From NCBI RefSeq assembly GCF_001194135.2, contig NC_068984.1, positions 92,426,278-92,490,277 on the forward strand: a DNA stretch of 64,000 nt, given 5' to 3'. Every line of letters starts with the position of its first letter. The stretch's first letter is position 1. This document shows positions 25,589 through 37,579 of the stretch, piece by piece. The notes beneath the pieces were generated by a model, which did not search any database, was not told the DNA's origin, and saw only the letters and a program-made list of their open reading frames with translations. The position numbers and the translations under genes are program-made. The stretch comes from Octopus bimaculoides. Taxonomy: Eukaryota.

Positions 25589-26156
25589 GTTGTTATGCCT
25601 CTCACAGCCTCTCAATACCACCAGCAGGCTCCAACAGTCTGTGATGGTAGCTCAGAAAACTGCAGGCAAATTCAGCAAGCAAACTTGCTTAGAGTGGAAG
25701 AAGTGGTAGTTACAGCAGTCAGAAGAGTTAACAACAAACAAAACCGTGGAGTATAAACAAAATAAAAAAAAACCTTAAGAGGCAAATAAACATTTAAGGA
25801 ATAAATAGACAGTTTTTTAGAGAGTTCTTTCATTTACCCCTGAAATGTTTAGACTTCTTTTGATGACCTCTTCTTTTTATTCACCAGTCTAATGATTCAT
25901 TATCTTTTCATCGACTGGACTCTGTTGTTACTTCTGAATTTACGTTAGTCCAGTAACCATTCTGCATTCTTTACAATACCAAGCTCACACTGACTAAACT
26001 TGCAGCAATTTCAAAATCTTCCACCTTACAGAGACACCACTATTCACATTAACCAACTCATATTCACCGTCACATCAAACTGACTTCTAACCATTCTCCT
26101 CACAGCAAAGACGCCACTGTTCACATTAACCATTGGCATTCACCCTCGCCATACAT

Positions 26157-26174
26157 ATCCCACTTCTGACACCA
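26157..26174 (-). promoter_or_regulatory. Second identical primer-binding site TGGTGTCAGAAGTGGGAT
   Basis: Exact repeat of the 25571-25588 motif. Confidence 0.75.
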
Positions 26175-26859
26175 ATTACTGTGTTAACTGTTCAACATGA
26201 ATTGCTGGACCTCGACCACCTTGCATCAACCTTGGATCAATTATTCACATAAACCACTCACATTGACTTCCAGGAGACTCTAAACCAACCATTTCACATG
26301 TCAACGTTGCATATCAGCTGCCGTCACTCAGCTCCCAGTACAAGACTAAACTCGCCATGTGTTCAATAGTAGTATTTATAGTTCACCCACACACTAAAAG
26401 GTGTGGCACAATCATACCACCTACACTTTAAACAATCACGTAATCACAAAGAATTATTTTTTTGTCTTCTTCTTGCAAAATCAGAGAGTGATGTTCAAAT
26501 TTATATCATATGAACAAGAAACTATCTAAATAGAATTTTTTGTTTGTAACAATAAAGAAAAAAGTAGCCAATAATAATGCTAAGAAAATGAAAAAATATG
26601 TTTTAGAGCAATAAGAGCATTGTAGTTTGTTTGAACACTATGATATTGGAGAACGGCAAAGGAGAGAAGATAGCTTCTAAAAGTGCAGTAAATTCAATAA
26701 AACCTTTATATTTCAGGCGCAAGGGGCCCATCTTTGTCAGAAAAACAGTCTGGGGAATGTCCAGTTATGCAGAGTCCATTAACCCATTCAAATCCCTGGC
26801 ATTTTTGTAGCACTAGTAGTCAATTGTTGCAGCAGTCACACCCCAAATGTAGGTGTAAA

Positions 26860-27840
26860 CAAACCAAATGAAAATCAAATTATCACTTTTTTTTTTATCA
26901 CTTAAAGCAGCATAACTGTTTTTCTATCAAATATCTTCAAAAGAGATTTTCACCAAAAGATTCTACTCATTAAGTTGTTTTAAAAGGGTATAATTAAGGG
27001 ATAGTTTGCTTTTGAAATACCTGAGATATTTTGAGTGAAACTCAATTTTAGCCATTACTTTTTTGGGCTACTTAAAGCTGCATAACTTTTTTCTATCTAA
27101 TATCTTTTAACAAGGTCTTCACCAAAAGATTCTATTTGTTGAGTTCTTTTAAATAGTCATAATTAAAGTATAGTTTTTCTTTTAAATAACTGAGAAATTA
27201 TGAATCAAAGTAAATATTAGGCATTACTCTCCCATTTTTGACCCTATATTTTTTGTCATAACTTCTTTTCTACTGAATCAAATTTCGACTATTTTATGTC
27301 AAAATGTAGCTTGTCACTGGTCCATCATAGCACAAAAATTAAATTAAGATTGAGCTAAAACTGAATTAGTGGTAAAGCATTAAATTGACTGCAAGTGAGT
27401 AAAAGTTGGAAACGGCAAATTATAACTTTTTCCATCACTTAAAGCTGCATAACATTTTTTCTACCAGAATCTTTCCATTGAGTTCTTTGTTACCAATTTT
27501 TTAGCTACTTAAAGCTGCATAACTTTTTTCTACCAAATATCTTTTAAAGAGGTTTTCACCAAAAGATTCTACTTATTGAGTTCTTTTAAAAGGCTATAAT
27601 TAAGGTATAGTTTTTCTTTCAAATAACTAAGAAATTATGAGTCAATATCAGGCATTACTCTCCCATTTTGGCCCTACATTTTTTATAACTGTTTCTCTAT
27701 TAAAACAAATTTTGATTATTTTATGTCAAAATGTAGCTTACCATTGGTTCATCATAGTGCAAAACACCGAATTAAGACAGAGCTAAGACAGAATTAGTGG
27801 TAAAGCATCAAATTGGCTGTGAGTGAGTAAAAGTTGACCA
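26860..27840. repeat. Diverged tandem repeat (~430-bp period, acttaaagctgcataact sub-repeats); related units at ~23140-23320
   Basis: 27110-27420 aligns by eye with 27550-27840; the sub-repeat recurs at least six times. Confidence 0.7.
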
Positions 27841-27843
27841 TAA

Positions 27844-28067
27844 CCCATTAAGACCCACTGTCCTATAAATAGGACACTAAATGAAAACATTAAACAAGCT
27901 ATATCACATTGTCTCAGTATTCTATTTATAGGAAACCAAGTATTTCCATTTCTACTTGAAGTAAAGGAGTTTTAATAATTATTTTTTTTCATTTTAACCT
28001 ATTTTCAATCATCTGTAAAAATTTTAAAGTAATATTCAGAAATTTAAGTACTCTGGGACTTAATGGG
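27844..28067. mobile_element. MITE with CCC..GGG termini (piggyBac-like)
   Basis: TIRs cccattaagaccca / tgggacttaatggg; flanks ataa / ttga resemble a decayed TTAA. Confidence 0.55.
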
Positions 28068-29146
28068 TTGAGAACATTATTTACATGCTGTTGTGTGAAT
28101 GATTAATTAGAAATGTTTTACACCCGATAAAAAGTTCTAGAAAAGGTAAGGTCATCAGTATGGAAGTTCTTATCAGGTACCAAATGTAAAACTTTTGAAA
28201 TGATTACTTTATAAAAAAATTAGTTCTTTCCAGTACAAAAAAAAAAGTTTCATGACATCACAAAAAATAAATCTTTGAACAATAGCAAGCGCATTGGGAA
28301 TATCTTGCAGTGAACAGAAATAAATGACAATTGATAACTGAGGAGTTTGAGATAATACTAAAGCATAATGCCTGAAAACTACAAGAAGTTGAAGTATTTC
28401 ATGGTAAAAGTTCCAAAGATAATCTTGCTTGCATAGTCTATGGCTACTTTACATTTTCAAAAGCCAAACTTATCATCCATGAAAGATTACATATCTGGAG
28501 ACCAGCTTAGGATGCTCACATGCATACATTTTCCAAAAAACTATAAAACAAAACTAGGGCATCTACAGGCCCATGTTAGAAATGTTGTCAAATCTGTTAC
28601 AGGCATATGACTGCAATGAGAAAGTCATTATGTTTTAAACTGAGTTGACAAACACAAGACAGACAACAAGCTTATCCTACAGTCACATTCATTTCTCTCT
28701 TTCTTAGAAGTAACAGAACTTTGCGATTCAATTTCTATGGACATATTTATCTAATTTCATGCTTTACAAGTACATGGGTTTTCCCATGTCTGGTATCTGG
28801 TTTATTTGGGCAATTTTTGTGGTATGTCAAAGAGATTTCTAACCAGGGAAACAATGAGTGATATATCTCTCATGACACTTTAACAGTACAGTGTAGCTGA
28901 TTTTGAAAGAAGAATCAATCCGTTACTTGCTTAATAGTTTATATATTGACACCTCTATACAAAAGGGTAGAAAATAAATTTGGCCACTGCAGGATTTGAA
29001 CTTAAAATGCAAAGAGCAAAAACAATTACTGCAATCCCTTTAATGTTCTAACAATTCTACCAATCAATTGACCTAGTTATCTAGCTATATAGAGGAATAT
29101 ATAAACTCATACATTCACAAATATATATTTTATTTCAATTTTTTTG

Positions 29147-29229
29147 CTATTCCTTTTCTTCAGTGAGTTCCTCATCACTTTCTTCTGAACTTTCAATTTT
29201 TTTCTGTTTATTCAGTTTAGAAATCAATT
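29147..29229 (-). CDS. RNF113A: RNF113A terminal coding exon: (E)LISKLNKQKKIESSEESDEELTEEKE*
   Basis: Phase-1 acceptor (T-run then cag|) continues ...NPAK-ELISKL (homologous to ELIAKL). Acidic tail, TAG stop; an AATAAA follows within ~15 nt on the minus strand. Confidence 0.88.
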
Positions 29230-29604
29230 CTGAAAAAAAAAACAATATAAAATTTTATAAATACATGTTTATGTATACAGATATGTAAATATGCAAACGT
29301 TTGTGTGCGTGTTTCCTATGTCATGCCCTTATGAACTACTACTGAACTGTCAAGGGATTACTTCTGAAAGATTCTTCTAAAATCATCACATCTCAAAATG
29401 CCAAGAATTTCTTTTTAATTCCAGAAGAGATTGCAAAGAAGTGTGCTTACAAAAAACATACTAAATGAAATTACAAAGAAGATAATATTCTTAAGCAATT
29501 CCTCAAAAATAAACTTTCCATTTTGTATGGGGCTTAATCAAAATAAGAAAATTTATGTCTGTGTAATTACAACTCTATGCATAAACAGCATGTATAAGAA
29601 TGAC

Positions 29605-29730
29605 TATGTCAACATAGGCATAACTGTGTGATAGTTTGCTTCGCAACCACATGGCTCCAGGTTTAGTCCCACTGTGTGGCACCTTGGGCAAATGTCCTCT
29701 ACTATGACCCTAGGTTGACCAAAACTATGC
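29605..29730 (+). mobile_element. Decayed 5' (tRNA-derived) half of the SINE family
   Basis: ccaggtttagtcccactgtgtggcaccttgggcaaatgtcctctactat matches the head of 54842-55251. Confidence 0.8.
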
Positions 29731-29825
29731 GAATAGAAAGGACAACAAAGAAAGAAAGAGACCTCGATATTATGTAAATAGAGGAATTTATCTGCAAAAA
29801 GATGTGACACTTATTCGGTAGCCAT

Positions 29826-29886
29826 GATAAAACTTCAAGTTTCGGAAGCCGGGGTGGGAACCCACATGAACATCTCTTCAGTTATC
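29826..29886 (-). ncRNA. Type I hammerhead motif, sense to RNF113A, in the last intron
   Basis: Minus strand: gauaa-CUGAAGA-[gaug...guggg uu cccac...cuucc]-GAAA-CUU g AAG-UU-uuauc. Perfect 5-bp stem I, palindromic stem III, imperfect stem II. Confidence 0.65.
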
Positions 29887-30070
29887 CGACCATTGAAAAT
29901 TCCTGTGAAAAATGACGGTTTAACAAAGGGAAATTACTGTGTGGTTGACTGTTATTAAGACAAAAGAGCTATAGACCCCTAAGTAAGGGGAGGGGGTATA
30001 AGTAAGGGAGTAAAAAAGTCTATAGTGTTCGTGTAAGCGCACCAATCCGTATATGTATATATACATATAT

Positions 30071-30479
30071 ATACCCGCATACACACCCCTACACACACAC
30101 ACTCAAAAACCTCGCACCCATACACACGCATGCAAAAAAAATTNNNNNNNNNNACACTCAAAAACCTCGCACCCATACACACGCATGCAAAAAAAATTAT
30201 AGGGCTAAAGCAAAATACAGAAGAAAGTGTGAAAAAGCTATAAGGTTAAAACGTGTCTTTATGTGCATAGTTTCACATGCATGCACATACATCTATATAT
30301 GCACATATCTGCACACATTCATAAGTGTGCACATATATGGAACCTTATATGTTTTAACCTTATAGCTTTCTCACACTTTCTTCTGTATTTTGCTTAGCCC
30401 TATAATCTTTTTTCTGTGCGTGTGTATGGGTGCGAGATTGTTGAGTGCATGTGTGTGTAGGGGTGTGTATGCGGGTATA
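30071..30479. repeat. Long inverted repeat (arms ~30071-30252 and 30351-30479)
   Basis: atacccgcatacacacccct...aaggttaaaac pairs with gttttaacctt...aggggtgtgtatgcgggtat; the left arm contains a gap-associated duplication. Confidence 0.85.
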
Positions 30480-30499
30480 CAGTTCTCAGGGGCTCAGTT

Positions 30500-32290
30500 C
30501 TCAGTCCCCTCTTATTCATAGTCTTCCAGGCCATAACAGAGGAATTTAAAAACTGGCTGTCTGTGGGAACTACTATATACTGATGACTTCACTCTTACAG
30601 CAGATTCTATAGCAGAATCAGAAAAGAAATTCCAGGTGTGAAAGCAAAACCTGGAACCAAAGAGCCTTGAAGTTAATCTAGTGAAGACCAAAGTTGTTGT
30701 TAGCAAGAAAGCAGATAAGAGTCTCTTTCCATCAGGGAAATGGCCTTGATTACTATGTAGGAAAGGTGCTGGAAGAAATTCCATTTGTTGCACCTAGTGC
30801 AAGCTATGGATACAGGAGATGCAGTGGAATCACAGGTAGGTTAATACAAAAAGTCATCTTTGTATGTGGCAGATGTGCAAGAACAATAAACACTAAAGAC
30901 ACATGGGAATTAGACTCTCTCAAACGTTCAGGAGGTTGCCTCGAGTTAGTAGATAGTTTCTGTTACCTAGGTAACCAAATTAATAGTAGTGGAGGATGTT
31001 CTGAAAGTATTGTTCATAGAATAAAAATAGGATGGAGGAAGTTCAGAGAATTACTATCTCTGTTGGCAACAAAAGGATTATTTCCAACTGAGAGGCAGAT
31101 TGTACAATGCTTGTGTACAAACAGCTATACTCCATGGTAGTGTGACCTGGACCCTGAATGCAGAAGACATGCACAGACTAGAGAGGAATTAAGGTATTAT
31201 ACACTACTTGATGTGCAACATCAATGTGTATGTACCACAAAGTATAAATGTGCTGAGAGAAGAGTTGGGCATAATAAGAATTAGATGCAGTATGCAAGAG
31301 GGAAGACTAAGTTGGTTTGAACATGTGATGTGTATGAATGAAGACAGTTGTATAAAGAAGTGTCGATCACTGAAAGTGGATGGCACCTGTGGAAAGAGGG
31401 TACCCAGGAAAACATAGGATGAAGTAGTGAGAGCAGATTTCAAGATGTTGGGTCTTGTGGAGGAGATGATAATGAACCAAGATATCTGGTGATATGAGGT
31501 TCTTGAGAAGACCTGCTCACCTCAACAAAACTGAGTTCTAGAAGCATTGTGCATTCCATTGACATGTAACATTAAATTTTTCACACATCCTACTAAATCT
31601 CCACTTCTCCTCTTCCTCACATCTCTTTTTCATGCATTATGCTAATCTCTCCCTCCCCACTCTTGCAGCCCAATCCTGTCCTCCATGCCCTGCCAACAGT
31701 ATCATTGCTATCTTGTCGTCCCCTCCTTTATACCCAGGTTTCACAGTCACTGCACCCCTGTCCTTTCTACAGTCATGTGAACTCCCTACTCATGCACTCA
31801 GGGCAATCCTCTACCATCCCTTTGATTATTCATATCCTCCTACCTGGAGAGTATACCCTGACACATCACCACCATCTCTCTTGCTTTCTCTTTCTCTCAC
31901 TCTCTCCTTCTAACTGGGGTAACCATGTATCTCCTCTAGAGCAAGACACCTGTTTCCATACCTCTGTCATATTCTATCCTCTTAACACCTGGCACAGAGC
32001 CACCTCTCTCAATACCACCCCCTTTCAAAGAATCTTTGTCTTTGCAAATTACTTGGTGACTTCACTGGTGCTAGTGCCATGCAAAAAGCACCCAATTCAG
32101 TCTGTAAAGTGGTTGGCATCTGGAAGGGCATCCAGCCATAAAAATCATGCCAAAGCAGACTTTACTAGTGTGGGTACCACATAAAAAACACCCAGTATAC
32201 TCTGTAGAGTGGTTGACATTAAGAAGGATATCCTGCTGTAAAAACCATGTCAAAATGGACCTCGCCAGTGCTGTTGCCACTTTCTGAGAA
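30500..32290 (+). mobile_element. RTE-type LINE 3' portion: RT C-terminus with Cys-rich insert, pyrimidine-rich 3' UTR and tandem tail
   Basis: WELLYTDDF, VNLVKTKVVV, RRCSGITGRL..FVCGRCA, LELVDSFCYLG, GWRKFRELL, RLSWFEHVM; tail motif ggttggcatctggaagggcatccagc. Confidence 0.85.
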
Positions 32291-32579
32291 CCATATCATG
32301 CACTTCAAAGCAGTTCTTAAACATATGTGGTTTGGAGTGACAGCCTGAGTATACTGTACACTTCCCACTACTCAGTCTATACCATTATGCCTACTGGTTA
32401 GTCCCAGGCCAACTCTCATTTGGAAGTATATGATGAAAGGTATTCCAGTCATAACCATCCCATCTTTTTAGAAGTATGTTTTTTCCCCTTTCCCAAGAAG
32501 ATAGGCTATAATTCAAATAGGCTATAATTCAAATAGGTTTTGCAACTACAGCATGATGGTTGCTGTTTCTTTGCATTTA

Positions 32580-33300
32580 TCACTGGTAATGTATATCCCA
32601 GTACAATGTTTGGGGTTCATAGAATCTGTTGATGCTGCAAGATATTTTTGTATGTGTTTTTAATGCTTGTCTGGACTGACTGGGAGATATGGTTTTTTTT
32701 TTAAATGTTGTAGTGGTATTCTGGATTGTTGTAGATATGTCTAGGGGTGGTTGTACAGGTAGTCCTTGCTTTTTAGTATGTTTTGCAAGTGGTCTGTGTG
32801 CAGCATGGCAAGATGCAATTAAAGATTTGTGATGAAGAGATTGGGCAGAACTCACATAATTCATGATGAATCTTATGTATTGTTTGTACTTTACTGTTAT
32901 TTCTTTTGGTCAAATGCAATTTCTGTGAGTATTCTAAGTATGTTAATGTGTTGTTTTGCTTCTTTACTAAGTGATCTGAAAGTACTGTGAATGTTGTAGA
33001 AATATTGAATAGAACTCATAATAATTTTATCTTTTATGCATGTCATATGTCTATGTCATTGATTTTTCTGGTTGTTTATATTTAATTTCTGCTATTGCTT
33101 TTAGGAAGAGAGACAATAGAATTGGTAGATGTTACAGAAAGTTAATTATTATTAAAGTTAGGTTACTAGGTGACTGATGTAGGGTTGAAATAATTAAGCA
33201 AATTTTCCTGGAAAGTGGTGGAAAAATGTGATGAAATCTGTATATGTGGTTCTGTGCAAACTTTGCAGACAGTTGTTACAAGGTCAGAACCTCTCTCCTC
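32580..33300 (-). mobile_element. Very decayed LINE RT C-terminal fragment
   Basis: YKQYIRFIMNYVSSA resembles Y..YIRP.M.YAS.W; many stop codons. Confidence 0.4.
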
Positions 33301-34057
33301 ACTTACACAATCCAAACCAAATTAAGTAAGAGATACATGGCAAAAAATTAAAATGTTGATCAATTCTAACTCATTTTCTTGAACATTTGTGAATTCCATA
33401 TATCACCTTCAACTAACACACAATTTCTGTAAATCAAATCTCTCACCCTTTTTATCTATAGCCAATTTCTGCTATCTAGGTTATGTTCTCTATTCAAACT
33501 ACAACAGCTGAGAGATTAATCTACATATCATGTGATGTCTGCACGTAATATGTAGATTCTTTTCTCAACTGGACATCAGAAACGAGTTCTAAGTTTCCTT
33601 CCCTCCTCACACCTCTAAATAAATCTGCTGCACCTACCACATTCTGAATTCTTCCAACCAACAACAACTCTTTGGCCTTATCTCTTCTGGTATCAAGTAC
33701 AAATATCTCTCTCCCTTCATCTCTGAAGCCATTGTCCTAAGTGACTGCCATGTTTAAAACCCTTCTCAGCTCCTACACTCATTCACACTGATGGTGTTGA
33801 TGCAGAGACTAAATAGACTGAAATTTTAACTGTCTACTACAATTAGTTTCTTTTCTTTACATAAACTCCTGACTGGCACACAGATACTGAAAAAATCCCT
33901 AATTATTTTCTCACTTTTAAATGTCTAGCTCAAGCAAATCATCACCATCTCTACATCAGCCAACTAGTGCCTTACCATAACTATTCTCATACATTAATTG
34001 TAATAAAAAAAATATTAATGTAATGCAAAAATAAAGTATAATAAATTTAGACAGATG

Positions 34058-34985
34058 TTATTATCTCTGCCTCAGCAAAGGCAGAGGTATTGTTTTCAGC
34101 TGTGTTTGTTCGTCTGCTTGTCCATGAACAAGATGTCTCAAGAACTGCTGGATGGATTCAGATAAAACTTTCAGGGATGTTTGGCCTTGTGGCTGGCACA
34201 AACTGATTAGATTTTGGAATCCATCCAGTACTGGACAAGGATTCTGGATTATTTGTTATATTTACTTTACATGATTACGATCTTACGTTCACTTTCAAGT
34301 CTTTTTTAGTTATCCCCCTTTAGGCTGTTTCCAAAGTTTTATTTTCATTTCTCTATTATTAATTTTATTCGTGTCTCTATCCTTAGTAGAAACTGATGGA
34401 CAAAGAAATCAAACTGCATAAACAAATGGCAGCAAAACTGTTCAGAAATTAAATAACACTAACATTTTTATAATATATATATTATATATACATATTAACA
34501 CTTTACAGTATATTTACATTATATACATACATCTATACATCGATCTAAAACAACAGGAATACTAAAGGAAGGCCACAATTTAAGAGAAAACTAAAAGGTC
34601 TCATGCTGCGCATTTAAAAATTCCGGCGTAGAACTTATTATTATTACCTCTACCTTTGAAACTCTTTTGAATGGTGAATTTGTTAACTTTGGCTTGTATT
34701 AGATAAGGATAAACTATTTATTACTGTTACTAAATTTTCTACAGCCACCTTCACATTCTACAACTATCATTAGGATTGATCAGGTATTGGACAAGGATTC
34801 TGGATTATTTTTCCATTTTTTTTACTTCATTTTTGAGAGCGGTCGGGTTCATTTTTAGTATTCTCATTTGTGAGAACGGTCGAGTTTATTTCAGATATTC
34901 TCATTTTAAAAATCATCAGTGCTAATCATTGAGAGGACGTCGGTGTTGCCTTAGTGGAGGTTTGTGCTCTCTGAGTGCTCTTGTT
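34058..34985 (+). mobile_element. Helentron-associated non-autonomous (DINE/HINE-like) element, interrupted at ~34270-34770
   Basis: 5' ttattatctctgcc-tcagcaaa-ggcagag hairpin followed by tgtttgttcgtctg; tactggacaaggattctggattattt repeated on both sides of the interruption; 3' ...gctctctgagtgctcttgtt. Confidence 0.5.
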
Positions 34986-35202
34986 TGATTATATGTTTAG
35001 TACTATACTTTATAATGTGGTGACCCAGCATATCTATAGTCCAATGCCTGAAACTAGTAAAAAGGAAAGGAAAAATGAGAGAAAACAATCCCAAAACGGA
35101 GCAGCTTCATTTTTTTATGATGAAATTTACCATTCATTCTATTTTAATCACTTTAAACCCTCTGAAACTGAAAAAAACAAGCAAAATTTGCAAGATTCAT
35201 AC

Positions 35203-35309
35203 CTTTTGCAGGATTAAACACACCATTTGTCTGTTCATTGCATACAAAACAACGTTGGGATTTCTTGTAACGTGTTAATGCACATTTCTCACAAAAGTAG
35301 TGTTTACAT
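35203..35309 (-). CDS. RNF113A: RNF113A coding exon: (K)[35 protein letters not shown](E), C-half of the RING
   Basis: Matches C.HYFCE.CAL......[14 protein letters not shown]. Acceptor ttcttttgtag|, donor |gtatga; 107 nt. Confidence 0.96.
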
Positions 35310-36323
35310 CTACAAAAGAATTATTATTTTTAACAAACTAAAACAAATATTAAAGAGAACATTTTATAACAGTAATAAAATTAATGATAATAACTATGTT
35401 GACAATAATAAGAGAGGAGGGTGGTGGTAGTGGTGATGATGAGGAACTTTTAAGCATTTTATCAGAAACCTATGATTTAATAATATATTCAGCACTAGCT
35501 TAGTTAAATAAGCAAAGTTAAATAATATCAGTTTTACTCAGTAGTAAGATAAGTGATATCTAGAAATTTCCTACATATTTAGTACAAGTAGAATTATTTG
35601 AAAAAGTTTTAGTTTTGATAAATAAGAACTTATCAAACTAAAACAATATTGAAAAGAATTGTCTAATGGGTCAGATTTTTATATTTTTACCATATTTATA
35701 TTCGATTACAAAATAAAACTTAAGAAGCTACTTTTATATTCAAATTACATATTCATGTATTGAATATCAGTACTATGCAACAATTGATCACATATGCAAG
35801 AATACATTTAATTTATGAATATATAATGAAAGTATCAATCTGATAAATTATAAAGCAAAAGAGTTTGAGTTAAGTGGATAAACAGAGAAGACACTAAAAT
35901 AATAGCAACATGGAACCAAATTATTTCAAGAATTGCAGACACCCTCATAATAATTGTTAGTTACAATGATCAAAATGTGTAAAAATATACATTTTTCTTG
36001 TTTCAAAATTAAATCAATGCAAAACTGATCACATCATATTCAACATTTTAATTATTTTCCCTTTAAAAAAAATTCATAACAATTTTTTAAAATTATTTTC
36101 CAAAAGAGAGGAGGGTGGTGGTAGTGGTGATTTTCATAACATAACATAACAATTAAAGATTTCAAAGCTGAATATGTAAGTTGTAGAAAGTTTTAAAATA
36201 CATTAGTAAAAAGATATAGAGTTGCGTGAATAAACTAACTATTAAAACAAGAATAGAATCCAAAACGGAATTTATAAAGGAAGTAAACCAATTGAGCAAA
36301 TTAAAAAAAGAATTAAAATGTGT

Positions 36324-36354
<31 letters not shown>

Positions 36355-37579
36355 GTAGAAATCTACGGATGCGAAAACACACAAAACGGAGAGAATAAAA
36401 CAAATATGGACAACTTGTTCAGAAACACCCGCGAGTGGGGAACAGTTCTCAAAAATAGCCCCAATTGTTTTTCCCCAAAAATTCCTATGTCCTCAGAATC
36501 TACATAGTCCAAGGTATACTTGTAGAGAATTTCATTAAAATATATCCATTTTCTTGAAAGTTAAGATGAATTGAAGTGGACTTTGGTNNNNNNNNNNNNN
36601 NNNNNNNNNNNNNNNNNNNNNNNNNNNNNNNNNNNNNNNNNNNNNNNNNNNNNNNNNNNNNNNNNNNNNNNNNNNNNNNNNNNNNNNNNNNNNNNNNNNN
36701 NNNNNNNNNNNNNNNNNNNNNNNNNNNNNNNNNNNNNNNNNNNNNNNNNNNNNNNNNNNNNNNNNNNNNNNNNNNNNNNNNNNNNNNNNNNNNNNNNNNN
36801 NNNNNNNNNNNNNNNNNNNNNNNNNNNNNNNNNNNNNNNNNNNNNNNNNNNNNNNNNNNNNNNNNNNNNNNNNNNNNNNNNNNNNNNNNNNNNNNNNNNN
36901 NNNNNNNNNNNNNNNNNNNNNNNNNNNNNNNNNNNNNNNNNNNNNNNNNNNNNNNNNNNNNNNNNNNNNNNNNNNNNNNNNNNNNNNNNNNNNNNNNNNN
37001 NNNNNNNNNNNNNNNNNNNNNNNNNNNNNNNNNNNNNNTGGGTGAAAGATATTTATATAAAATTTCATTTAAAAAAAAAACATTTTCCTAAAAGTTATGA
37101 GGGAAAACTTGGATCTTGTGAATTTTCTGAAGTCCACCCCCCATTGATTTCCACATATTTTTTTTTATATTCTTTTTCTACACATTTTTTTAATGTCCAT
37201 TGCACTATTTTTTTTATTGTAAACATTAACCAAATTTTGAATAACAAAAATTAAATATCACAAGGGGGCATCAGGATTTTAGAAATGATTCGATGGGGCA
37301 AAATACAGTTGGGAATCACAGCTGCAGAGTGTCAAACTGGTAGTGGAACTTGAGGCAATCCGGCACCCCTAAACAAAGGAGAATGACTCAGTAGTGATAT
37401 ACATATGGAAGATCCTGGAAGGTCCAGCTCCCAACTTTGGAATTGAAAGCTATACCAACCAATGACCTATTCTCCAACTAGAATAAGGACCCAGTTCTGT
37501 AACAGCTTGGGTCTCAAGGGCCCACAACCTCAGAGATTTGCAAGGTGTTGAAACAAACAAAAGAATACATATATATATG

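Larger units (their letters stand above)
23318..26507 (-). mobile_element. Decayed Ty3/Gypsy gag-protease region with LTR-like direct repeats (23318-23478, 26345-26507)
   Basis: Coiled-coil gag-like ORF 25108-25452, protease-like GSVDVLIEVAGQNVVLPVYVV, PBS motifs, ~160-bp diverged direct repeats containing a minus-strand TATAAA. Confidence 0.75.
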
